DNA of 63,929 nucleotides, counting the filler, from Choristocarpus tenellus KU-1152 (Eukaryota; Protista; Phaeophyceae), in the NCBI GenBank assembly GCA_964200185.2. It is 13 parts of 13 records of this genome, joined end to end, with 100 filler letters (N's around TTAATTAATTAA, not from the genome) between each part and the next. Parts side by side here need not be neighbours in the genome. Positions count along the whole stretch, not along the records: positions 11,418 to 16,624 come from CAXNAD020011507.1; positions 16,725 to 22,715 come from CAXNAD020009222.1; positions 22,816 to 27,480 come from CAXNAD020013561.1; positions 27,581 to 30,147 come from CAXNAD020026712.1; 9 more parts are not named here. One strand, written 5' to 3'. The notes below the pieces were generated by a model. It had not been told where the DNA came from. It saw nothing but the letters and a program-made list of their open reading frames with translations, and searched no databases. The position numbers and the translations under genes were made by a program. This document shows positions 14,335-27,705 of this stretch, piece after piece (positions within the stretch are counted from its first letter, which is position 1; every line of letters starts with the position of its first letter).

Positions 14335-17300
14335 AGCATACTCTTCAATTCCAACCTTGCAGTCAAGACACACCACACTTGTTCATACTTTAGAAATGGG
14401 GTTTGTTTGACATTACATACCTGACTTGGCGCACATGTGAGGAAACGTCCTCTGTTCCTTAGGATCTTTTCTACCCTTGGACTTACAGTGATGCATGTTT
14501 GAAGTCCTATCCGAGGTAACTTCAGGAGCTTTGTTTTTTGGACGTGAGGCAGATGTAACCCAAATTTATGTCCATATATACTTAGTACCTTGAACTACAT
14601 AGTTTGGAAACTGTTGTGGGTTGATGGTAGGGTGAAACAAACACAAAGGGACCGTCTGTACTAGCGCTAAAAAGTATTGTATCAGTTTAAGAGATGCATC
14701 TCCAAATGTTGTTAGCATATAGAACTCTAATTGCAGAGTGGCATGGGGGGATGTTTATATATGCTGAGTTCTACATAGAATGGACTTTTGAGGTTCCTGT
14801 TTGGCTCCTATTTCAACCTGGTGAGTTGAGGGGATTTTGCCCCACAATCTGTGTTTGGTGTTCAGTTGCTGCACATGGAATTCACTCTCTTAGCTGTTTT
14901 TAGTGGAGTGGCAACTAAACTGGAGCTTTCACCAAACACTGAGATAATAAGTTGATACTACTCGTATATACCCAGAATATATAGTATATTTTAGGTAAGT
15001 AGGTGTTCATTCATTTTTTCTATCAAGAGCACTCCTGATATTTTGTGGTGTTGTCAGGGGTGAGACAAGAGGCAATGCATGAAAAACTGAGCTTATGTTG
15101 TGCTTGTTCACTTTGCTGTAGTAACAACAATGTAGTGTGGAGTACATGCTACCTGTTTATTTTGTGTAGGAGGAATCAGTGTGTGGGGTGGTAGATGTTG
15201 TAAATCATGAAGATTTCAATCCCCACAATATGCTGATGAACTCACTTTCCCCAGCATGATTTGTGCTGCATGCATATATATTCCAATTTTATTGTAGTAT
15301 TATGTTACTAATAGTACCACAGCACTTACAGGTTACTGTTAATTGAGATTTCATTTTATTTTTATGACTTGGGCAAAGTAGTCCCAATACTAGCTCACAA
15401 AGTTTCAGTGTACTTTTAACCATTCAGAGGGGCAGTATACTAGTTGCTTTGTCCTGCTTTAAGCACGAAACAGAGTAGCATTGAGTCGTTGACCAGTAAG
15501 GTATGCTTCACAAAAACACAGATGCTGTGTCTTGATGCCTCAATATCATTTTTTCAACACTCTAAGATTCAACATTTTACAACTTCAAAAATAAAACACT
15601 TTGAATGCTTAATAGTAAACTTGTACTGCAGAGAACAGGAGAAATGAGTGGCATAATTTGTACACAAAATCAAATGCATTGGTTTTATCAATGGAGTGTT
15701 GCAAATAACAAAGTCTAGGGAATTCAAATGAAATCAACCCATAAACTGTTCACGTACTTCAGAATCAAACGTATGCACACAGCACAAATTGAGGTGGGCA
15801 AAGTGCCTAGCACTGTGGGGCTCTGTAAGCAGAGCACACAAGAAAATAACCAATTGAATATAAAAACCCTTGATCTTTGATGTTACAATCAAATAATAGA
15901 AATTCACTCGCTACGACTCACAACACTAAAAACACTTAAGCCATGGAACATGGATTGACCTGTGCAGACTTGAATAGCATCACAACAGTTCATGAAGAGA
16001 CTCCCATGCTGCAAAAGCAATATATACCAATTGCACACACACACAACACTCACACACTAACAACAAAACAATGTGCACAGACCTGTGCAGCGGTGCTGTT
16101 GTTTAGTAGGTCTCACTGAGGTACACATCTATTAACTTACTTTCACAGTACCAAAGTTTGGATTTGCACTCCAAGCACACCATCAACAAAGGAGGACAGA
16201 CGGGTTCAGCATTCCTTACATATAGTCATCGAACATGTGCCAACATCACAACACTGGCATTCTACAAAACCCATAAAAAACATGAGGCATCAACTTAGAA
16301 GCACATATTCATGAGTGCCTTCTCACACCAAACAGATAGCAGGAAGGCCTAGGCCTGCATTGTGGCAACATATGGAGCACAAAAAAAAAAGTGTATGTGT
16401 TTTCTACCTTGTCCTAAGACACAAGATATTGTGCTGCACACCACAGAAGGATCCTGTATACAGATAATGGAAGGCGTGTCTGATAAAAAGGAAGTGTGTT
16501 TGCTGTAAACGGCATCTGGCAGCAGAAAGGATGGAGGCTACACCATATTCCTGTTGTACCCCCCCTCTCAGCTGCGTCGCCCTGCTACGCGGCCACACTT
16601 TTGTCGCCAATTTCGGTCTCGGCANNNNNNNNNNNNNNNNNNNNNNNNNNNNNNNNNNNNNNNNNNNNTTAATTAATTAANNNNNNNNNNNNNNNNNNNN
16701 NNNNNNNNNNNNNNNNNNNNNNNNTGTTCATGTTGATCAAATGCAAATTTAATTATGTTGATGGTGGGGTCGTTGGTGATTACCCCCCCCCCCTTAGTCC
16801 CTGTCTTTGTCTATGCTATGTAGAGCTCTAGTGGCGTGCTGTTTGTGGTTATGACCGAAAATATATGGGATGTGGCCGAGTACAGCAATGAGGTTCGTGT
16901 GCACCCACAGTGGTTTGTCCTTACATACCGGACTCCTAAGTGCTGTTGCCCTGTGATACTCCTCTGTACAAGAAGACCTTCTCATGCACCTGTCTACATT
17001 TTTGGATGTATGCAAGGCACACAAACTTGATTTTCTTGCATATTGATCTGTCTTGTATATATAATATCATTATATTGATAGCATTACGCTGTTGGGCAAT
17101 ACTGAGCATGGAACGTTAGAATGCATCGATCTGAATAGAAGATTCCTTCAGGTGTTTCCCAAGATGGTGTTGCTGTTAGGTGTATCCCTGTGTACTATCA
17201 AGTACGGAGTAGTATATTAAAATAGTATAATGCAGAATTCCTGTGCCTATTTGCTGGATGTCGGTTAAGTAGAAGACAAATTCACCGTATCTCTATGAAC

Positions 17301-18975
17301 TAGGGCTGGCAAGATACCCAAGTATGATAAAGTAATCGATATTCTACAGGAATAACACCACAGAGTGCTTCCTCGTTCTTCTTTTTTTTATTATTGATTG
17401 ATTGCTGAAAGAGGGAATCCTCTCTCTCTCTCTTCTCTCTCTCATACAGAAGAATGTGGCATATAAAGTCAGTCACAGCGAGAGGTGTATCCTCACAGTA
17501 GAGGTTAAAATGCTGCAAGTAACAATGAGGATCATTCGATGGTCATACTTCATGGCCACTTCTGATCCGTACCTACAAATTCTTGTTTGGAATCTCCTAT
17601 ATTTACCGATCCAATCATTGTGGCAATCTGAAGTACTTTGGTGTGTGAAACATGCTCATATGTATAATACACATGTTGTACTAGCAGCAGTCAGTGTCAA
17701 TACATTGTGTGGACACTTGACATTTGTGCAGATTGGTGTTGCTGTAACGGATAACATGATCTAAGGTAAGGATCCTAGATGGAGGTAAGTTTTTAGCCTA
17801 TTTGTATGATTGAAACTGTTTCGACCTTACACCTCACCCCGCATTTCTATGCTGAAAATGCATGTATGTATTCTGTTTGGTTGCTGTGGCTGTGGTAGAT
17901 GAGACCCTCTGAATAGAGGTATTGTCATCATAGGTTTGAGAGTGGATGTACAAGTGATTCAGAAGACGACCCTCCAACAGATAGATCCCTTTGATTCAGC
18001 TATACCTCCTCTACGTATAATATGTATGCTACTGCTCCCCTACCTATTGTTGTACGCTCTTTTCATGGCAAGTTGGGTTATTTCCTGGAAGGAGAATCAG
18101 ATGATGCAAACAACTCTAGAGCTGGGAGCGCCTTTTGGAAATGGAGGAAGGAACGATCTCAGTAGACCTAGACCCCACCTAGCTCAGCCACTGGCTCAGC
18201 GTCTCCATCGTAAAATATATTACATGCCTTTGACATCATCACTTGTATACCCATTGACACAATCTCTTCCAAGTACATCTTCACAGCCTGCCCCTTTTTC
18301 TAGACCCTCCTAGTCAGCCCCCTGCCATCCTCTGCAACCACAGATTGTTATGTGAGCCTCTACATCGTCCAGAAATTGGTTAATTGTATTGGGTATACTG
18401 ACAACTCTATTGCATGGTCGTTCTACATAATGTTTTTAATTGTAATATGAACATCTGTACATTTTAGACATGTAAATATTTTATGTTATATGTTTGGTTG
18501 TGTGAATGGTGACTATTTTTTTTTAATTCCTTTTTTCCTGTCTTTGAACTATGTTTTCATGTACTTCCACTTCGCTGGTAGATATTAACAGGTGTGATTG
18601 GTGGTGAGGAGCAATAATAGTTTGTCTGGTTGGTTGATCGGAATTCCTTTCTTAGGTGGAAACGTTTGGTCTCATTGTTCAGAAATTCCCCTCCTGTTTA
18701 GTGATGTCGAGGACAATTTCCAAACCTTTTAGCTTTTAAAGGTCTCTTTCACAAACTTTCTCCTAGACATGATCGGGACATTTTGGATGATATGAAACTG
18801 CGAATGTCTCAAACTTCTTCAACAGCTGAAACGGTTGAAACTGCGTATCGTACCCAACTTCGAGATATGGTCACCGTGAGATAGAGTGAAATACAGCACA
18901 TTATTCCATGGTCGTACAAGCACCAAACTAAGGGTCGTCCTACTATAAGGATGCTGGGCTGTTTTCGGTCTATAG

Positions 18976-21378
18976 GATATGTTCCGACACCTGAACCTAA
19001 TGCCGATAACAAGGCAAAAGATCAGGTTTCCAGGGCAAACTGTGGAACGCCAGTGGACCTACTGAAGCTTGCCAAACAGATGGGGGTTGACATTCTTGCT
19101 GAGCCGAACCTTCTGTGAGTGATATTTGAATTGATAAATGATGTACTCAACGTACCAGCAAAATTTGGTCTTCGCGATGAAGCACAGTTAATTTCCGTAA
19201 GAAATTGATTACACGACATGTCATGAAGATGGTTGAGCTATTGTTTGAACATACGACTTACCATCACTTTGGTCCAATTTCTCCCTGAAAAGTGTAGAAG
19301 ATGGATGCACTTTCCCTATGAGTTTCAATGCGACTCCCTCGTGGATCTGTTGTTGGTTGAAAGTGGAGTTAGTTTGTTGGCATTCGACCCCACCTCCCCA
19401 CGCATCCCCCGTACATCGCCGTAGGTGCTTAAGAGTAGTGACTTTTCGTCTCTGTTCCAAATCGCCTTCGGCAAAGTCTCTTGTCCCCCTCCATCACTTC
19501 CTTCTTCAAGGGGAATCTTGTGCGACATGCTCTTCACACCCCTCCCGCCCACATGGGTGGCAGTGAATATTCAGCCAAGAGAGGAGGTTGGGCTTCCTCC
19601 GTCAACAACCACCTCAACAAAGTACTTCAATAGGACCACGGGGGAACTGACTTCTGATCACCCGGGCCTGCAACACTTCTCTTCTGCAATAAAAAAAATA
19701 CGGCAGAGACAGCAAAAAGAACGCTTGCAACAAGGACTGATACATTGTAGTAGACATAGGCCATGCAAGGATCAAGCTAGGGGCATTGGGAAGAAAGGAT
19801 GTGATAATCATGTGGTGGACAGCGTGTGGGGAGAATTTTATCACAAAGATGGCACCAGGTGCGATGAATTCATATCAACTATCTGAGGCAGGAAATGAAA
19901 GAAGAGAATGATAGAGATGTTGTTGGACAATAACAGGATATACCCATGCATTGTTGGAGGAAATTGTGGCAAAGTGACAGGCAAGAAACAAGCAACCTGG
20001 TAACCCCCTTGCTACTACCCTGGAGTGCTCGCTAAGTAAATTATAGCCCCTTCTGTTTGGGGCATATTTTTGATCCCTGTATGCAATGAACAAAACCCCA
20101 TATCTCCTCAACATGAGCATAACATTCCTGTTGCTTTGACCATTTCTGTAGTTTGAGACACCTGCACTGCCTTCTCCATGTCCACATAGATATTTCGAAT
20201 TGAAAATGAAGCAATTGTACAACAAGATTTAAAAAATATGTATATTTTGGGGAAATCTAGGGATTTAGAGGGCGGGGGTGGTTGCAGGCCCGAGCATTGT
20301 ATTTTTTCCTGCACTAAGGCGCCAAAAGCTGTGTTAGCAATTTGATCGTCAGGATACGGAATCCCCTTTGCATTGGCTAACCCCCTCAAGCAAGCAGAAT
20401 GAACCGCTTGTTTCTTCTGTGGCGAGCTGCTCATCCGCCAAAGGAGTACCCTACATCGGTTTTCATGTTTTGTGTGCCCGAAAACATTTCATTTGGGTCA
20501 AAATCAGGAAAAGTACATTACACTATCCATCCAACGTATGCAACTAGATCACCCAAAAATCGAGACAAGAAAAAACTGACCCCAAATGGACAGCCACCAT
20601 CCCCCCCCCAGATACTTTGAGCCAAACGGACTTCCAAACATTGCTCGTCTGTGTGCCCTAACCTCCGTGCATCGGCACTGCCAATAGATAGGTCAGGACA
20701 GAGGGCAAAACTTGGATGGCGCTTGAAATCCTAACCCTAACCCCTGTGCCGCTTGTGGGACAGTGCCGATTGATTCACTTGAGACAACTCTAAGGGAAGG
20801 GACAAACTGGCATAGTGACCCTTGCACCTTATCTACCTGCTTTCCAAAATTACACTCTCCTAAAGCGCACCTTTTTTCTTTTTTCTTTTTCGGTTCATGC
20901 TCAAGCTCCTCCCAACTCTAAGAAATGGAATACACGTGGCACCGGACACCGATTTAGGTATTATCACAACTTCAGGACTGGGGAGTCGACGTCAACCAAG
21001 CCCGAGGAGTTTAATGTTAGGGATAAAGCCGGAAGTCCTTCGGATTTGACTTTCACAGGTGCTCGCACCCTTGGGAGCATCGATCGCAGTGGATCCGCCT
21101 TGACCACGGAGAGCCGAAGTATAGAGGAGAGGGGGGAGGGAAAATCAAACATCATAGCCACGTCCAGGGATGTGGCTGAGCATGGGATCCCTGGGGCGGC
21201 CCGGGGTGAAGGTACATGTGCTGTGACTGGAAAAGGAGAAGGGGGCACACAAGGGGAGGACAGAGATGGAGTTGCAGAGGGAGTCCGCCGGACTCGGCGC
21301 CAGGCGGGCAAGCAGAGCAAGACAATCAAAGGCAGGTTAGCCATGCCGCAACAGCTCGTTTTCAATACCTGGTGGCAG
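18976..21378 (+). CDS. CEP164-like multi-WW-domain protein, partial
   Basis: Exon 18976-19114 splices to 19511 giving MGVDILAEPNLLGILCDMLFTPLPPTW...KYFNRTTGELTSDHP; exon 20906-21378 has a second WW-like motif (W...RYYHNFRTGESTSTKP). Further upstream exons from 16824 are likely but unresolved. Confidence 0.65.
20488..20623. mobile_element. MITE family B partial copy
   Basis: Ends CCCAAATGGAC...CCCCCCCAGATACTTTGAGCC; matches 30248-30412 and 52469-52643. Confidence 0.75.
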
Positions 21379-21660
21379 GTACGAATGGGTTGTCTATGGG
21401 TTAGGGTTGGGGTTGGGGGTTGGGGTTGGGGGTTGGGAGTCAGGAAGCACAGTGAGTGGAGGTGGGTGCATGCGTGTGTCATGGTGAGTTCCGGAGGGTG
21501 TGAGGTTGCACACATGTGTGTGCTTTCTAAGCTTCTTGAGATAGCGCACAATATTGTAGAGTAATGCTTGAAAAACTGTTGTTGTTATTAATATTATTAT
21601 TATTATTGCTAGTATTACAATTATTATTACTACTACTACTGGTATTATTTTTATTATTGT

Positions 21661-21760
21661 GCCCTCTGACGTTTTGCGGATGTGTCAGGGGAAAAAACAA
21701 TGAAAATCATTCAAGTGTCAGAACAACCCCTTAAAAAGTAACAGTTGTCGTAAAATGTTA
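21661..21760 (-). mobile_element. Dispersed repeat family C (hairpin + (AAT)n tail), SINE/LINE 3'-end-like
   Basis: Related copies at ~22588, 44470, 44604, 45087, 41255-41340 (inverted); short cores at 1831, 15033, 24303. Confidence 0.6.
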
Positions 21761-22821
21761 AAGGCATTTTTCTATAATCTATGTACTGTTTGGGGAAGTT
21801 TACGAAGTAATCCGATTTTTGCGGGCGTGAGAATTCTGGTAGGAATGGTGTAAGGGGAAGGAAGGGTTGATTAGGGCAAAAAGATAACTTTCAAAGGGGT
21901 GGACGAAGAGTTAATGACTGAGGGGCTAGGAGACAGAAGAGGTAGGAGAGAAGTTAAAGGAAATGGACGGTAGATGGAAGCACAAGTTAGGAAGGGATGG
22001 ATCAGAACATAAGGTATGCTTGAGATTGGTGGGAGAGGATAAGCAGGGTAAGAACAAGGCAACTAAACTCTGAGCAATCTCTCCCACCCACCCACCCTTT
22101 TCATTGCTCACGAATGACTGGGATGCAGGGGAACATGGGGGGGGGGGAGGTTAAGTTTGGGCAGGGTAGATGTCTTCTAGTTCAAAGGCACAGTATTGAA
22201 GTGGATGTTGAAGGGGCATTCTTGGATGATTTTGGAGTGGTGCTGAATGGTGGGGTGGAGCGGAAAGTGGTGGTAAGTGGGGTGGGGTTGAGTGGAGTGG
22301 AAAGTGGTGGTGACTGGAAATCAGTAGCTAAGGGGGCTCGCACGGGTTGGTCATCGGATGGGGGTGGTGACTGGAAATCAGTAGCAGAGGGGTTTCGCAT
22401 TGGCTGGTCACAAGTGGTGTTACAATGGGGGGGGAGTACATTGGGTGGAATACAAAATAGAAAAATAATAATAATGATGAATTGTGAACAAAGCAAAATT
22501 AGTGTTGTTGGTGCTACTACTAGTAGTAGGAGTATGATTATTACTTTTTATGTTACTGCTGTTGGTATTATTATATTATTATTCTTTCCTCTGACATTTT
22601 GGAGATGTGTCAGGGGGGAAATCGATGAAATGTCTATTCAAGTATCAAAACAGACCCAAAGTATCTGGGGGGGGGGGGGCGGGGGGGACAAGGAGCGAGG
22701 AGCAAAGGGAAACCANNNNNNNNNNNNNNNNNNNNNNNNNNNNNNNNNNNNNNNNNNNNTTAATTAATTAANNNNNNNNNNNNNNNNNNNNNNNNNNNNN
22801 NNNNNNNNNNNNNNNAAAAAG

Positions 22822-22855
<34 letters not shown>

Positions 22856-22877
22856 GAAGGTTGGGTTTTTGTTGTGT

Positions 22878-22935
<58 letters not shown>

Positions 22936-23262
22936 AGAAGGGGTCTCTCCACTTGGACAGGAACTGCCTTCCAAAGTGTATGCAAACAAAGCCTTCCATG
23001 CCACACAAGGTTACTAGACTGCACTGATTGCAGCCGTAACTGTAACACAAAAAAATGGACGACTCCATCTCTCTCAAGACTCAAACGAAGAACAAAGAGA
23101 GACCCCTCTGACCATGAGCAATGACAACACCTTACAAAAAAATAATCCTACAAAAAGTAGAGGATTGCAGTGGCCAAGGCCAAATGCCGTCGGCATGCAA
23201 CAGGACTAGGGCGGAGAAACAAAACCCCGAGGCTGAACCTCCTTGCCAGGCGTCAACTTCAC

Positions 23263-23688
23263 CTCCGAAGCACGTGCCCACGACCTTCTTCGACTGAAAA
23301 GCTCCCCTCCAATGGCGTAGGGCCTTTCCGAACCGGCTCTCTCAAAGGCTTGGACACCTGTAGCGACAAGAGGGAAGTGTCCAATGCAACACACACTCTG
23401 TAACCATCTTGAACTAGACATGGTGGAGACACAGATAGCACGTGATTAACCCACCTTGCCAATGGGCAGCAGCAGGAGCCAATGCACGCGTACATTCCTT
23501 ATCCTTGTCATACCTTATCCTTGTCATACCTTATCCTTGTCACACCTTATCCTTATCATACCTTGTCCATGACATACAGCAACCTATGTACAAGTTTTGG
23601 CAGGTCCACTCCGGAATAGACCTTAGCCACAAGCTGCTCTGCATTTGGTTCTGACCCCGCATCATCCTAACACACACACACATTAGTT

Positions 23689-23730
<42 letters not shown>

Positions 23731-25992
23731 CACGTATGAGCATACATAAGCATAGAAACATGGATGTGGCAACCCACAAGCAGAGGAGTATTGACTCAGG
23801 AAGGGGTGCTACAAAAAAGACTGGGGTCTTATCTCTTAACCAATAATCAATTAATACATGTTTGACAAAAACTGGAAGCAGTGAAATGATGAGAGCTGTT
23901 TGGTACTAACACGTTCTGAAGTCACGCCTCCCACAAATGGATTAGTACTCCATCTATCTCAGGGAAGAGCACCGCCTGAATAGAGTGAGGAGTTCACAAA
24001 TTCAAATTCAAAACGCCATTCGATTTGAATGAGGGAAGTTTTCGGGCCTGTAAATCAACCCAAGAGCGGGTGCATGGGAAGATAAGCCATTGCTGGGGAG
24101 CTCAGCTTACATGGGAAGAGGCCAAGAACTGAGGGATACATACATTGAAGGGAGTAACTGACATCGGTGTGAAGAAAGCCCTGTAGCATCACCGACATTG
24201 GGAATATGAAAAAGTCATAATATTTACAGATTGCAATAATGCCTATTTAAATCGTATATCCCACAACAAAAGCCAATGATTGGGTATTATAAATAATACT
24301 GTTCCCTGACATTTTCAAAATGCATGCTTCAAGAGTCAAAATGCATGTTACCGAAGTCCTAGGAAAACAAACAAAAAAACAATCAAAAGCATCGAAGCAG
24401 TCCAAGAGCATCTTCCTACCCTATCTCTGTTTGGAGCAACAGTCGCCCGTCCATCCCTGGTGCCCCTATCATCTCCTTCACTCTTGACCATGTCACCATT
24501 CCCCATCTCTTGCCTCCTATCCAAAGCCGTGGGGAGAGTGAAGTGCACCACTAGGTTCAGCAAGATCGCCAAACAAGCTTTGTGTAGTCCCTGTTTCAAA
24601 CAACCAATCAAGCGCCAACCCGTTAGTTGGAGATCAGGCCATAACCAAACAAGAGTTCTTCCTACTTGAGACAAATCACACAAAGACAGGCACACTCTAG
24701 ACAGGTGATCGTATGTACACATTGGGTACAGCAACAACTCGTACATGATACTTCAAAAATAGTGTAAAAAATAGTGTAAAAAATAGTGCTTAAGAAACAC
24801 ATCAACCTCTTTCAACAATTGCTTCAGTATCAGTAAAACTCTCTGTGGCGAGTAATAGAGTGAGTTGGAAAAATAAAAGGGGTCCTTTTTTTTTTTTTCA
24901 CTATTTTTAGCAAAAAATGTTTTCCAAAAATAATGACATTAATCAGAAACACTTAATAATAATAATAAAAAAGGCAAATATAATAATAAATATATATATA
25001 TATTTCCGTGCGACTGCTGGGGCAAAGAAGGCGATATACCCCAAGAAAACATCAAATAATAATAATAATAATAATATTAATAATAAGAAAAACAGCAACA
25101 GAACTAATTAATAACAGTAACGATAATAATGATATAATGAATAGCAACGGCCCAATTTCACACATACACCACCTGAATACAGACAATACAACATAGGCTG
25201 GGACCAAACACTCAAATGTAAGTCACAATCAATCTTACTCATCACTCTTACCAGTCGCCCACACAAGCAAATATCGGGGCTCTTTTCACTTCAATACCAG
25301 CAGAGGCCACACCTGCGACAAGTCCAGCAAGCCCTCAGTCAACAAAACTGAGAGGAGGAAGTGCATGCCTCCGGTGTCAAGGAAAACCTTTCTCCATTCC
25401 ATAGCGTCTGCTAAATCTCCGGGCAGTGCATACAGGTTGTCTGCAGCTTCTACTAGCGTGAGCACAACCTGGAGAGGACAGCAGTTAAGAGGCAGGAGCC
25501 GGGAAGGGATACTTACACATACATAAACGTACACTTTGCATCTCTCTCCACAATGAGCTCATAATATGTACACTTATTAAAAAAAAGTTTTTGGTAGAAT
25601 TGCATTTGGTTAGTTAGCTCTGAAAGTGTGTTACTGAAAGTGTGTTACTGAAAGTGTGTTACTGAAAGTGTGCGTCTTGATTGGCCTCACCTGTAGCCGG
25701 TAGAGCAACAAAGGGACGTCGAATGAGCCCAGGACCTTGTCCCAGTCCACACTCCTCTTGCTAACAGTATCCCTGAGAAAACAGCAAACAGTACATAGCA
25801 AGTAGTACGTAGTAAGTAGCAGATAGTACATAGCAAGTAGTATGAAGTAAGTGGTACACGGTATACAGTATACAGCATATATGCACACAAGTAGATGGGA
25901 TAAACAAAAGGAAAGGGCCCTCCATTAGATCTACTCACGACCCGTCACCTATCCTCGTTCCACAGAGGAGGATGCCGCCATTCACCTTGAGG

Positions 25993-26024
<32 letters not shown>

Positions 26025-27359
26025 GTCTCTAGAGATAGTCTCGTCGATCAAGCCACAAACTGATGTTGTGAAGGTTGAAATTACTGCAATTACTGCAAAT
26101 ATTATCAATGTAATAAATGTAATAAATGCTATTGTTGTACATATCAACAGGCCTCGGAAAAAGGGATCGGTCCCACGCCTCCATTGGCAAGGTGAACCAC
26201 ATGCAGGACGAGTCAGTCGAGGTGGAGTACACAAATGATAGCCATGGATGAGACCCTACAAGCTGGACAAGTGCCATGGATGAGACATTTTTGTTGTGAG
26301 GGAATCACTCTACTAATAAAAAATAAAGTCACCCGATAAGAAGACACTCCGTACTCCATACTTTCTACTTTCTACTTTCTACTTGATACTTGATACTTTC
26401 TACTCCATAATTTCTAGTTCAATACAATATCCCGGAGACCAGGATTGGGCCCACTCAAGCAGGGTCCCCAAAGAATGAAACTCAGGTTTTTCAAAAGCCA
26501 ATACTAAATACAAGCCAAGTATTATGAGGCAAAAAATGATACACTAGGTATGATACACCAAGTATGATACACCCCGACACATGCATCACTCCAACACAGA
26601 AGTGGGCAAGTACAACACACACACACACACATACTCAAATGCAACAAAGTCGCCTTACAATAATTACAAAACCAAGCGATTGCCAAAGGCGACTAGTGTA
26701 AAATTTTCTCAACGGGAATCACTCACAAGGATTCCCGTTGATTCGAAACCAAGAGGTAGTACCTTAGTTAGCACAAGGACTTCAGTGATGGACATGGCAC
26801 TACATGGTACTACATGGTACTACTTGAGTCACCTAAGGATGTAAACCAATCCATCGGTTCTGTGATGGACATCCATGACTTACCTTTCACATGCAGGAGG
26901 TCCCAAACACAGTCCACATCGATCGATCTGCATGCCAACCAATGTACTACAGAACCAACAAGAAATCTTGGTACTCGCAAAGAAAAAAAACAAAACAAAA
27001 CAAAAAGGTTCCTCTTCCAGCTCAAGGGATAAATCACAAACACACGCCTCTAATCTTGTAGAAAAGCAGCTGAGAGAGACTGGACTGCAGCCTCGGATAT
27101 CAAACAGGAAAAAAGGGCTGAACTCCTCACACACTAGTGACCATCAACTGAAAGAACATCTGCACATTTCAGAGTCCTTTTTGGAGACTACCAAAGAGTC
27201 AAGCGCAGAGAGCAAAAAAGGACTGTACACACACATACTCACCCCCCCCCCCTGATGGCCTCCAGATCATTGCGGATGTGCCGATTGATTGGTAGCATCT
27301 TTACAAGCATCCACGTCCATTCCACCAAAGGCACCTGTCCCACATCAACCTCCAGCAGC
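23263..27359 (-). CDS. USP9X/USP24/USP34-like ubiquitin C-terminal hydrolase, internal exons
   Basis: Exons 27359-27243 (WMLVKMLPINRHI), 25772-25691 (WDKVLGSFDVPLLLYRLQ), 25468-25313 (WRKVFLDTGGMHFLLSVL), 24590-24420, 23650-23562, 23357-23263; first four are in phase. Confidence 0.7.
23880..24200 (+). mobile_element. Degenerate Copia integrase fragment in intron
   Basis: EEFTNS...EVFGPVNQPKSGCMGR*AIA resembles GGEF...TP..PQ.NG..ER; has stops. Confidence 0.3.
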
Positions 27360-27705
27360 CTGACAAAATAACAAGTCATTATGGGACATCACTCAAATAG
27401 GTTTGTTTTTTGGAGGGGGGGGAGGGGGGGGGGGGGACAGTGCTACACACTACCAATACACCAATATCAAGTGTGAAAGANNNNNNNNNNNNNNNNNNNN
27501 NNNNNNNNNNNNNNNNNNNNNNNNTTAATTAATTAANNNNNNNNNNNNNNNNNNNNNNNNNNNNNNNNNNNNNNNNNNNNAACATACCAAACCAGGCCAT
27601 TGCACAGGTCAGTGGGCAAACTGTACTGGGTGGGGGTGGGGTGTGGAGGGAGGGACAAGGTGTCAAAATCGCTCCAGCAGTCCTTCAGAAAGGACTAAAA
27701 GAGAT

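Noticed and set aside
19116-19118. In-frame TGA where CEP164-like proteins have Trp (possible recoding/readthrough)
   Set aside because: It lies in a perfect donor CT|GTGAGT; splicing to 19511 restores the frame
22760-23124. Poly-Pro/poly-Gly ORFs (also 31475-31737)
   Set aside because: Homopolymer G/C runs at contig or gap edges; probably low-quality sequence
23496-23565. Short tandem repeats (16-mer here; 14-mer at 25619-25671; GAATAC at 34200)
   Set aside because: Ordinary slippage repeats
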